Shown here one piece after another: positions 56,544 to 64,000 of a DNA stretch of 64,000 bases. Below the pieces are notes generated by a model. The model did not search any database and had not been told where the DNA came from. It was given only the letters and a program-made list of their open reading frames with translations. The first letter of the stretch is position 1, and every line of letters begins with the position of its first letter. Both the position numbers and the translations under genes were made by a program. The stretch comes from a virus. Its lineage: Duplodnaviria > Caudoviricetes. The DNA lies in the IMG/VR virus record IMGVR_UViG_2684622674_000004, positions 1 through 64,000 of that record; one strand, 5' to 3'.

Positions 56544-57258
56544 CCGACTATCTTTGAGCGAGTCGGATACTAACCTGATAATTTCGGGTCAGTTGCAAAA
56601 AATTTTGCAGGTGACTTTCGGTTACTTACAAACAGCCCCAGCAATTTCGGTTCTGTTGAAGGGCGGTAATAGTAACGCTCAAAATTTAAACTACGAAACT
56701 TGCGTAGTTCCTGATGCAAGCAATCTATACCAATCTCCAAAATTTAATGGAGATTGCTACTCAGCCAAATATTCGGCTCAGAAAACGCCGCTCAAAAACG
56801 GCAATTCACCGAGTTTACCGGCACACCGTAACCTGTTGATTAAACTTAATTGTGCTGAAATGGAATTAGCTAACTCATTGATTCTTTCGAGGAACGCACA
56901 GTCCGTTTGTCGGGAAATCAAAGGCGAACAGTGTTCGGGTTCGGCTGAACATTACCGTTACTCAGGTTCGTCCGAATATAAACATTGCTTAGGTTCGGTA
57001 GTCATTCGAAACGGATGTAACAATGAAAATCAGCAAGTTACAGGCAAAGAAAAGGGAGGCACTGAGAATACCGCCCTTTGTGGTTATGGTTTTTTCCATC
57101 ATGAGGAAAATCAACATGTTGCAGCGCGGCAGGATTTGCAGCTAGTTAGAAACTATTCGCAAAACCCACACATGCTAAATGATTACTCAAATCTGAGTCA
57201 TGAGGAAAATCAACATCTTGCAGAACAGCATGTTCGTACCTGCGAAATTTTAGTAGGT
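56544..57258. repeat. Dense array of heterogeneous inverted repeats and IHF consensus sites
   Basis: About 15 IRs (e.g. CAATCTCCA/TGGAGATTG, AACTACG/CGTAGTT, CCGACT/AGTCGG); four exact WATCAANNNNTTR; a 26-bp direct repeat. Confidence 0.75.
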
Positions 57259-57437
57259 CAGCCCTTTGGCTCAATTTCTCGTTGCTTAAGTTCCTTTCTA
57301 ATTATGCGCTTTATCCAAGCAGCTAACGATTCATCGCCGTCCTGTCGCTGGGCTTCTTCCATTAAATCTCGCAGTTCAGGATCTAGTCGAAATTGGAATG
57401 GTGGATTGCCACGTCTTTCATTTTTGTGTGTTGACAC
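57258..57437 (-). CDS. Small ribbon-helix-helix regulator, 59 aa, not in the ORF track
   Basis: GTG start; NPPFQFRLDPELRDLMEEAQRQDGDESLAAWIKRIIRKEL. Confidence 0.7.
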   Translation of the reverse strand: MSTHKNERRGNPPFQFRLDPELRDLMEEAQRQDGDESLAAWIKRIIRKELKQREIEPKG

Positions 57438-57573
57438 GTTAAGTACACCCGATGTAATGTGTTTGTGTGTGATGACACATTACATGCACATGAATGAAAA
57501 GGCAACGCCCCGGAGTGCGGAAACACTACCGAGGCGTCTTACCACCAACGATAGATTAGATATCGAGGCAGCT

Positions 57574-57762
57574 ATGTTAAATCATACCCCAACTCGCTTT
57601 AAATTTCTCTTTCTCGCCGTGTGCCGTTCTGACCTGAACGCCAAGCCGCACCGTGAATCAGTCACTGCCCATTCCGAACAAGACGCCCGCCGCTCCCTGG
57701 CTGGTCAGTTTGTACTTTCCTTTGCTGGCCGCATTCCTGCACAGGGGGTATGCAATGCTTAA
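57574..57762 (+). CDS. Icd-like host cell division inhibitor
   Basis: FLFLAV.R, A.SEQDARRSL..FVLSFAGRIP; GAGG RBS; TTGACA at 57431. Confidence 0.8.
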   Translation: MLNHTPTRFKFLFLAVCRSDLNAKPHRESVTAHSEQDARRSLAGQFVLSFAGRIPAQGVCNA

Positions 57763-58213
57763 AAAATACCGTGTTGAATTTAGCGCATTAGACGCTGCTG
57801 GTGGTGCTCTCAAACTGTCATGGTGTGGTGAAGCTGAAAGCCTTGATAAAGCATCTGCCACTGTTCTCTTGGGGGCTACAGAGCGCCGGTTAAGCAACGT
57901 TCAGATCACCAGCATCATGCAGCTCCTTGATGAGGATGATATCTACCCACCTTCATACAAAGAAACTCAAGCCCTGATTGCTGAACTGATGGGCAGCCAT
58001 GGTAAGCCAATCCCTGACACCAGCGAGAATGTATCCCGCACTCGGTTACTTCGCGTTAAAGAAGGTCTGCTTCATTTGTTGACGGTTGTTATTCCTCTGA
58101 TTGAGAACGAGCAGCAACGATTGCAGGTGTATTGGTGGGCTGAGGCGGTACATAACATCGTGCAGTTTGAAGAGCTTGACGCGAAAAATGAGCAGGGGGT
58201 GTGCAATGTCTAA
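57755..58213 (+). CDS. Hypothetical satellite protein
   Basis: Coupled 152-aa ORF. Confidence 0.6.
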   Translation: MLKKYRVEFSALDAAGGALKLSWCGEAESLDKASATVLLGATERRLSNVQITSIMQLLDEDDIYPPSYKETQALIAELMGSHGKPIPDTSENVSRTRLLRVKEGLLHLLTVVIPLIENEQQRLQVYWWAEAVHNIVQFEELDAKNEQGVCNV

Positions 58214-59000
58214 AAAAACTGAGTTAACTCTGGTCGCGGCCAAAGATTTGCAGGTTATTGAGTATCGCGGTCAGCGTGTGGCAACCACCGAGCAGCTTGC
58301 GGCTGGGTATGGTACTGATGTCGAGAATATTCGTCGTAACTTCAACCGCAACAAATCCCGCTTTATTGAGGGGAAGCATTATTTTCAGATCACTGGCACT
58401 GAGCTTGAAAATTTGCGCGGGTCTTTAAGTCCTGCACAAATTTCCAGCAAAACGCGCAGCCTTACTTTCTGGACTGAGCGCGGCGCTGCCAATCACGCGA
58501 AGATGTTAGAAACCGATCAGGCGTGGGAATACTACAACGACCTCACCGAGTTTTATTTTTCTCGACGTGATGCATTGCCAGCACCTGCAACTATTCCCGA
58601 CCTCAGTCGCTTGGAAATCCTTCAACTGGCTATCGACTCCGAGCAAGGCCGTTTAGCTGAAAAGCAACGCGCCGACAAAGCTATTCGTACCAAAGGACAG
58701 ATTAGCCGTAAACGTGAAGCCAGCGCCCTCGGCAAACTAAGCGCAGCCACTCGCAAATGTCGTGTACTGGAAGAACGGCTGGGGGAAAGTACAAAGCATG
58801 CCACGGTGAAAGCTGTAGAAAATGTGACTCACCAGAAGTTTGAATGGCGTCCATTGCGCAAATGGTGTCTTGAAAATGGCTTTAAACCGGAGATGGTGCC
58901 TGATCCACAGTATGGCTCTGTAAAATCATGGCCTCGCGAAGCATGGCTGGCAGTACATAGCATCAATCTGTCCGATGTTATGGGGGTGACTCATGAATAA
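58206..59000 (+). CDS. ORF6N-domain antirepressor-like protein
   Basis: RVATTEQLAAGYG, RFIEGKHYF, WTERGAANHAKMLETDQAW. Confidence 0.88.
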   Translation: MSKKTELTLVAAKDLQVIEYRGQRVATTEQLAAGYGTDVENIRRNFNRNKSRFIEGKHYFQITGTELENLRGSLSPAQISSKTRSLTFWTERGAANHAKMLETDQAWEYYNDLTEFYFSRRDALPAPATIPDLSRLEILQLAIDSEQGRLAEKQRADKAIRTKGQISRKREASALGKLSAATRKCRVLEERLGESTKHATVKAVENVTHQKFEWRPLRKWCLENGFKPEMVPDPQYGSVKSWPREAWLAVHSINLSDVMGVTHE

Positions 59001-59190
59001 ATTAGCGCCCTGCGAAGTTTCCGATCTTCTCAGTCAAATTGCTTCAATTTTAAAAGTCAGTTCAATGCTGATTGCTAGTGAGGATGGTAACGACACGGGT
59101 TATGAACTTCTTTGGATCGCTCAGGAACGCGCTGAAAAAGCGGCGAAAAATATCGAGGGGGTGAATTATGCGCGAACCGCTGCCAAATGA
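58993..59190 (+). CDS. Hypothetical satellite protein
   Basis: Coupled 65-aa ORF. Confidence 0.55.
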   Translation: MNKLAPCEVSDLLSQIASILKVSSMLIASEDGNDTGYELLWIAQERAEKAAKNIEGVNYARTAAK

Positions 59191-59338
59191 TCGTTACAAA
59201 GACAGTCATGGCTCATTGATCACTGTTGATAATGTTGCCTTTAATCGCGTTACTTTTAGCCGTGACGGATATTCATCGCCCTGCATTATGCCACTGGCGC
59301 GGTTCGTTGCTGAATTTACCTTTATCGGGAGAGCATAA
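59168..59338 (+). CDS. DUF4222-like small protein, 56 aa
   Basis: PNDRYKDSHG..TV...RVTFSRDGY..PC..P..RF..EF. Confidence 0.7.
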   Translation: MREPLPNDRYKDSHGSLITVDNVAFNRVTFSRDGYSSPCIMPLARFVAEFTFIGRA

Positions 59339-59340
59339 CC

Positions 59341-59544
59341 ATGAAAGCCAGTGAATCAGTACCTCTGGATATTGCCACGCATAAGGCTGGTCAATTAAAT
59401 GCTCTCTTGCTGTTGATGTTTGAATCCAATGTTGAATTAGATACTACTGACGAAAAGGAATTACTAGGTCTAGCACTGGATCTCGCCGGGCCAGTTGCGG
59501 TTCATTTGCTTGAGCGGGAGGCCGGACAAAATGGAGCGCCTTGA
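59341..59544 (+). CDS. Hypothetical satellite protein
   Basis: 67 aa, GGAG RBS. Confidence 0.55.
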   Translation: MKASESVPLDIATHKAGQLNALLLLMFESNVELDTTDEKELLGLALDLAGPVAVHLLEREAGQNGAP

Positions 59545-59657
59545 TATAGCCAGTAGCTAAATGCCCTGTATTTAATTAGTTAGCATTCCAACATCTAAAA
59601 AATAACAGCCGTCAGGCTGGGGACTCGCTCGGCCTGATGAAAGGAAAGGATATATTT

Positions 59658-60053
59658 ATGACGAACCTGAATCATTCAATCGAATTAAATCGTAAACATA
59701 TTGCAGTGGCATTTATCGCTTATTGTCAGAAACGAAATAGAGGCGAATCCATTGCCAATGTCATTATTAATTCTAGAAAGGTTGTTGTTCTGGAAAATTT
59801 AACTGAGGCAGCAATTTGTAATTGCCTAATACATTCTCTGGAAGTGCTTTGTTTTCAGGAATTCGGGCGTGATGACGGTTCTCGGATCCTTGTGGAAACC
59901 TACACTCAGATGCTGAGTAAAGATAACAGTAAATTGACACCGCACGGCGTCGAGACAATGACGGAAGTCATGAAGGCTACGGTCGTAGAGACTTTGGCTA
60001 ATCCTCATGATAACCGGCATGGGCTGGTATTCAGTCAGGACGGTGCAGCATGA
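59658..60053 (+). CDS. Hypothetical protein (DUF5375-like) upstream of the primase
   Basis: Position; LEVLCFQEFG, LTPHG. Confidence 0.55.
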   Translation: MTNLNHSIELNRKHIAVAFIAYCQKRNRGESIANVIINSRKVVVLENLTEAAICNCLIHSLEVLCFQEFGRDDGSRILVETYTQMLSKDNSKLTPHGVETMTEVMKATVVETLANPHDNRHGLVFSQDGAA

Positions 60054-62719
60054 AACCTTCCATCGACATGATCCGTGAAGTGACGGCTCAGGCCACCCAC
60101 CACTGGCGCGATATTCTTGGTTATCTTGGTATTGATGTACCAGAACGACCTCGTGACCATTCTGCTTGTCCTGCATGCGGCGGCAAAGACAGATTCCGAT
60201 TTGACGATCAGGACGGACGTGGGACTCATTTTTGCAATCAGTGTGGTGCCGGTGATGGGCTTGAGCTGGTACAAAAAGTTAAGCAATGTACCTCCACTGA
60301 GGCGGCGATTATGGTCGCTGATGCGCTGGGAATGGCTCTGAACTCACCCATGCCGGTATCCACTAAGCCTGTAAAACAACCCGCACAGCCAGACATACCA
60401 ATAGCGAATAAGGTTGCGGAGCTGGTGGCGAAAACGGTATCAGGCGAATCTCACTACCTACTTAATAAGGGGCTTCCAAGCCCCTCCCAAGCCCTATTGA
60501 GTGACGGTTCTTTGTTACTGGTACTGCAAACGATGGAGGGCGTGATAACGGGTGCACAGGTGATTAAGTCTGATGGCACCAAACGTCTGATATCTGGAAC
60601 CATCAAAAAAGGTTCATTCATTCCCGTCAGATTCCCGCCGATATCGAGTAATGAGCCGGTTGTAACGGTACTTATCGCAGAAGGTAACGCAACCGGCGTT
60701 ACCGTTTCGTTATTGAGTGATGGGGTTGTACTGGCGGCCATTGATGAAGGGAACCTGATCCATATAGCGAAAGCATGTCGGGAACGTTGGCCTGATGCGA
60801 AAATTATCATTGCTGCTGATAACGACATTAAACCCGGTGAAAAGAATGTCGGGAAAGAATCTGCTGAGAAAGCGGCTACTGCTGTGAATGGTTGGGTTGC
60901 CTTACCACCAACAGATCATAAGGCCGATTGGGATGATTATCGCCAGCAGTATGGGCTGGACGCCAGCATTACCGCGTTTGCTGATTCGCTATATCAGCCA
61001 CATATATTGGCAGAAGAGGAGCCTCCGGTAACGGAGCCTCAGGATGTCAGACGTCCATATGTCGATGAGCGTAAAGGTGGCATGTATTGGGTTGAACCCA
61101 AACTGGATAAAAGTAACGGCAATATTACGGAAAGAGAAAGCTGGCTGAGTGACCCGATATCCGTTGCGGGGATAGGTGAAGATGATAACGAACGGTACCT
61201 GATCCTCTGTTGGACGCCGGAGGGTAGCAATACCGAACGTTCAGAAGCTTTACCCATGCGTGATATTGGCGAACGGGAAGGTTGGTCGCGGCTGCGGGCT
61301 GGTGGTTTGTCTATCACAGCTAAAAGTGGGTTACGGGCAATACTGGCTGATTATCTGCAACGTAGTGGAGAGCGGCAGCTTTGGACAGTTGCCAATGCTA
61401 CTGGCTGGCAGTGTGGGGCATACATTATGCCGGATGGTTCGGTGATTGGGTCGCCTGCAACCCCTGTACTCTTTAATGGCCGTTCATCGGCGGCAAAAGG
61501 CTACACCACTAAAGGTACGCCAGAGAGCTGGCGCAGTAACGTGGCAAAACTCGCTCGAGGCAACCCCTCCATGATGTTGGGTATTGCCTGTGCCTTTGCT
61601 GCTCCGCTCATTGGTCTGGCTGGTGCGGATGGTTTTGGTGTTCATTTATTCGGTGGCTCCTCCGCAGGTAAAACCACGACGGGTAACGCGGCTACCACTG
61701 TTTATGGTGAACCCGAAGCACTGAAGCTCACTTGGTACTCAACAGCATTAGGGCTGGTGAACGAAGCAGCAGCACATAACGATGGATTTATGCCTCTGGA
61801 TGAAATAGGGCAAGGCAGCAATAAGAAGGCTGTTGCTGATGCTGCTTACGCTTTATTTAACGGTGTCGGCAAAATTCAAGGGGCCAAGGAGGGCGGTAAT
61901 CGGGATGTGAAACGTTGGCGAGCAATGGCATTCAGTACCGGTGAAATCGACCTTGAGAGTTATATCCGAGCGGATGGAGGCAAAGTAAACGCGGGTCAAC
62001 TGGTGCGGCTATTAAATGTACCGATTTCCAAGGCCACGGAATACCACGGCTACAAAGATGGTAAAGCCCATGCAGATGCTATGCGGGATGCCTGTAAAGA
62101 CCACTTCGGTGCGGTAGGGCGAGCATGGATTAAGTGCTTAGCCAGCCAGAAAGAGGCAGCGGCGCAAGCTGTCAGGGATGCGGAACGTCGATGGATTGCG
62201 TTATTGCCCGATGAAGCCAGTGAACAGGTACGCCGTGTGGCGTCGCGGTTCGCCATATTGGAAGCCGCCTTGCTCCTTTCTAAGCACCTTACCGGCTGGA
62301 TTGAGCAGGAGTGCCGTGACGCTTTACAGCATGGATTTAATGCATGGGTAAATGATTTTGGTATGGGGAACCGAGAGTCAAAAGCATGGGCGGAACAGGC
62401 TGAATCTTTCTTACAGCGCTTCGGTTATAGCCGTTATTTACCCCATCCTGAAACAGACCCTCGAGATCTACCAATCAAGGATTTGGCGGGATATCGGGAG
62501 AAAAAGCAGGGACTCGACACATTGGTATTCCATACCTTCCCGTCAGTGTTTCGCGACGAGATAGCCGTAGGAGCTAATGCAGTGGCTTTTGCTCAGGTTC
62601 TGGCAGATGCCGGTATGTTGGATAAACCGAGCAAGGGGATCACCAAGAAAACGCTCAGAATTGACGGTAAGCAACCCCGTTTTGTGGTGCTCATGATGCC
62701 TGATGACTTGGAGGAATAA
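60050..62719 (+). CDS. Primase-helicase (P4 alpha Zn-binding + TOPRIM + DUF927 helicase)
   Basis: CPACGGKDRFRFDD, IAEG, AADND, GGSSAGKTT, LDEIGQ. Confidence 0.93.
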   Translation: MKPSIDMIREVTAQATHHWRDILGYLGIDVPERPRDHSACPACGGKDRFRFDDQDGRGTHFCNQCGAGDGLELVQKVKQCTSTEAAIMVADALGMALNSPMPVSTKPVKQPAQPDIPIANKVAELVAKTVSGESHYLLNKGLPSPSQALLSDGSLLLVLQTMEGVITGAQVIKSDGTKRLISGTIKKGSFIPVRFPPISSNEPVVTVLIAEGNATGVTVSLLSDGVVLAAIDEGNLIHIAKACRERWPDAKIIIAADNDIKPGEKNVGKESAEKAATAVNGWVALPPTDHKADWDDYRQQYGLDASITAFADSLYQPHILAEEEPPVTEPQDVRRPYVDERKGGMYWVEPKLDKSNGNITERESWLSDPISVAGIGEDDNERYLILCWTPEGSNTERSEALPMRDIGEREGWSRLRAGGLSITAKSGLRAILADYLQRSGERQLWTVANATGWQCGAYIMPDGSVIGSPATPVLFNGRSSAAKGYTTKGTPESWRSNVAKLARGNPSMMLGIACAFAAPLIGLAGADGFGVHLFGGSSAGKTTTGNAATTVYGEPEALKLTWYSTALGLVNEAAAHNDGFMPLDEIGQGSNKKAVADAAYALFNGVGKIQGAKEGGNRDVKRWRAMAFSTGEIDLESYIRADGGKVNAGQLVRLLNVPISKATEYHGYKDGKAHADAMRDACKDHFGAVGRAWIKCLASQKEAAAQAVRDAERRWIALLPDEASEQVRRVASRFAILEAALLLSKHLTGWIEQECRDALQHGFNAWVNDFGMGNRESKAWAEQAESFLQRFGYSRYLPHPETDPRDLPIKDLAGYREKKQGLDTLVFHTFPSVFRDEIAVGANAVAFAQVLADAGMLDKPSKGITKKTLRIDGKQPRFVVLMMPDDLEE

Positions 62720-62818
62720 GCAGATCGCCTCCATTTGAACTGACCTGAATCGGATTAATCATTCTCTCTGGCGGGGTATGACACCGAGGCCCTGACAGAG
62801 AGTAAAAGAATACGGGGT

Positions 62819-63835
62819 ATGCACATCATGAGAATGACCAAAGAATTACGTGCTGAAGTCTTTCGGCTTAAACAGTCAGGCATTGGCTATAAACGGATAG
62901 CTGACATGACTAACTTGAATTTGAGTACGGTCAAAAGCGCCTGTAAGCGGTCAGGATTATTCGCTGATAATCCCGAACATACAGCGATGTTTACGATACC
63001 AGAGAAGCAATACAGCACAGCACTTATTGTGCCAAAGCCGTTACCCGTGCAGCGGCGTATTACGGGAGACAGGCAGACTGATGCCTATTTGTGGGTGTTG
63101 GAGGTTATTAATACCGGCGAACCGGGACATATTGCGGCGGCAGAGGAAGCCTTGCACAAGCTGACTATCTCCCCCAAAGATGCTCGTGATAATTACACCC
63201 GTTATCTGGAGGCGAATGGTGCGGGATGGACTGCCAGTTTTTCCACAATGATGATGGGCGACCCGCAGCATTATATAGATAGGGCCAGAACCCAATTTAC
63301 CCGTGCAGCAGAGGTCAGGGGGGCATTTGGCAGCTATGAAGCTGCATTGGAACCTACCAAAGCTGAACAACTCATGGAGATGGCCTGTGGTGATATTTAT
63401 GATAATGATTTTGGCTGGACACCTAAGGAAAAAAAGAAGGGATGTATTGAGGGTGAGCGAGTTACTGAGGTATGGGACCTGCGAGCGCAAGCGTCAAAGG
63501 GTTTCGCTGGGGTTTTACCAGAGCCTCATACACTGTCTGATGTTGTAAGAGAATTTCAGTATTGGCAATGGTTATATACGGTGCGTAATGCTGCTTGCAA
63601 AGAAATGGACCCAGGTGGATATGGTTATGATTGTGACGGCCCTATATCAGACCGTGAAACCTATCTTGATAAGAAACTTGAAATCATCCGCCCTCGCCAT
63701 CAACGAGAAGCACTAGAAGTATTGAAGTGGTATTTGCAAAGTGAGCGACATCAGAGTTTTTCAGGCTCAGATAATGATGCGGTATATCTGAATTTGATAG
63801 GCGTGCATATAGGGGATGCGTTGATAGATAATTAA
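62819..63835 (+). CDS. HTH-domain hypothetical satellite protein
   Basis: GYKRIADMTNLNLSTVKSAC HTH; 338 aa. Confidence 0.7.
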   Translation: MHIMRMTKELRAEVFRLKQSGIGYKRIADMTNLNLSTVKSACKRSGLFADNPEHTAMFTIPEKQYSTALIVPKPLPVQRRITGDRQTDAYLWVLEVINTGEPGHIAAAEEALHKLTISPKDARDNYTRYLEANGAGWTASFSTMMMGDPQHYIDRARTQFTRAAEVRGAFGSYEAALEPTKAEQLMEMACGDIYDNDFGWTPKEKKKGCIEGERVTEVWDLRAQASKGFAGVLPEPHTLSDVVREFQYWQWLYTVRNAACKEMDPGGYGYDCDGPISDRETYLDKKLEIIRPRHQREALEVLKWYLQSERHQSFSGSDNDAVYLNLIGVHIGDALIDN

Positions 63836-64000
63836 ATAATGATATCAACATCGCCTAACGTGCTGCTATTGTGGCTGATATTGGTGTTATTATGTCTTTT
63901 CTCGTTACGACTTATGGTAATATATCTACATAGCTAATCAATATAAATAGTGAGTCGTATATTAAATACGGCTCGCTTTTTTATTGGGTAACGTTCAGAG

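Larger units (their letters stand above)
52852..64000. mobile_element. PICI-like / P4-integrase phage satellite, right end outside the window
   Basis: int-alpA-icd-ORF6N-primase/helicase order typical of Gram-negative PICIs. Confidence 0.85.

Noticed and set aside
56544-57258. CRISPR array
   Set aside because: No constant repeat with regular spacers, only one 26-bp duplication (57099/57198), and no cas genes.
56512-57762. 416-aa ORF as a single Icd/Ash-family protein
   Set aside because: Only the last 62 aa are recognisable and have their own RBS and promoter. The middle is the antisense of an RHH gene and the 5' part is the palindrome mosaic. Translation of the 5' part is not excluded, since it is ATGA-coupled to the upstream gene.

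Overview
The window holds two tandem mobile elements from an enterobacterium, probably Yersinia-like (inferred from gene content and the tRNA fragment). (1) Bases 1-52851 are an apparently complete lambdoid siphovirus prophage. In order it carries: P22-type int/xis; a left early arm (C5 methyltransferase, ssb, erf, kil, cIII, N); an immunity region (an orphan ParA-family ATPase in the rex position, 434-like cI/cro operators, cII); O/P replication; the nin region; phage-21-type Q/pR'; holin/M15 endolysin/Rz/Rz1; probably pac-type head genes; and a lambda-like tail interrupted by an immI-like antirepressor island and morons. It ends at attR, the 3' half of tRNA-Arg(UCU). (2) From about 52850 to the end lies a P4-integrase/AlpA/Icd/primase-helicase satellite (PICI-like) that runs off the right edge. 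The most unusual signal is that every KilA-N, Bro-N and ORF6N gene in the window carries an internal inverted repeat. The satellite also contains a ~720 bp array of about 15 different inverted repeats of the same classes, interleaved with IHF consensus sites, which may be a captured operator/decoy array. Other notable items are a dual-frame M.EcoHK31I-like methyltransferase, a conserved leader RNA fold in front of two unrelated late morons, parallel sar-like antisense modules in phage and satellite, and hexaloop boxB sites. All family assignments come from visual motif recognition; no database search was run.
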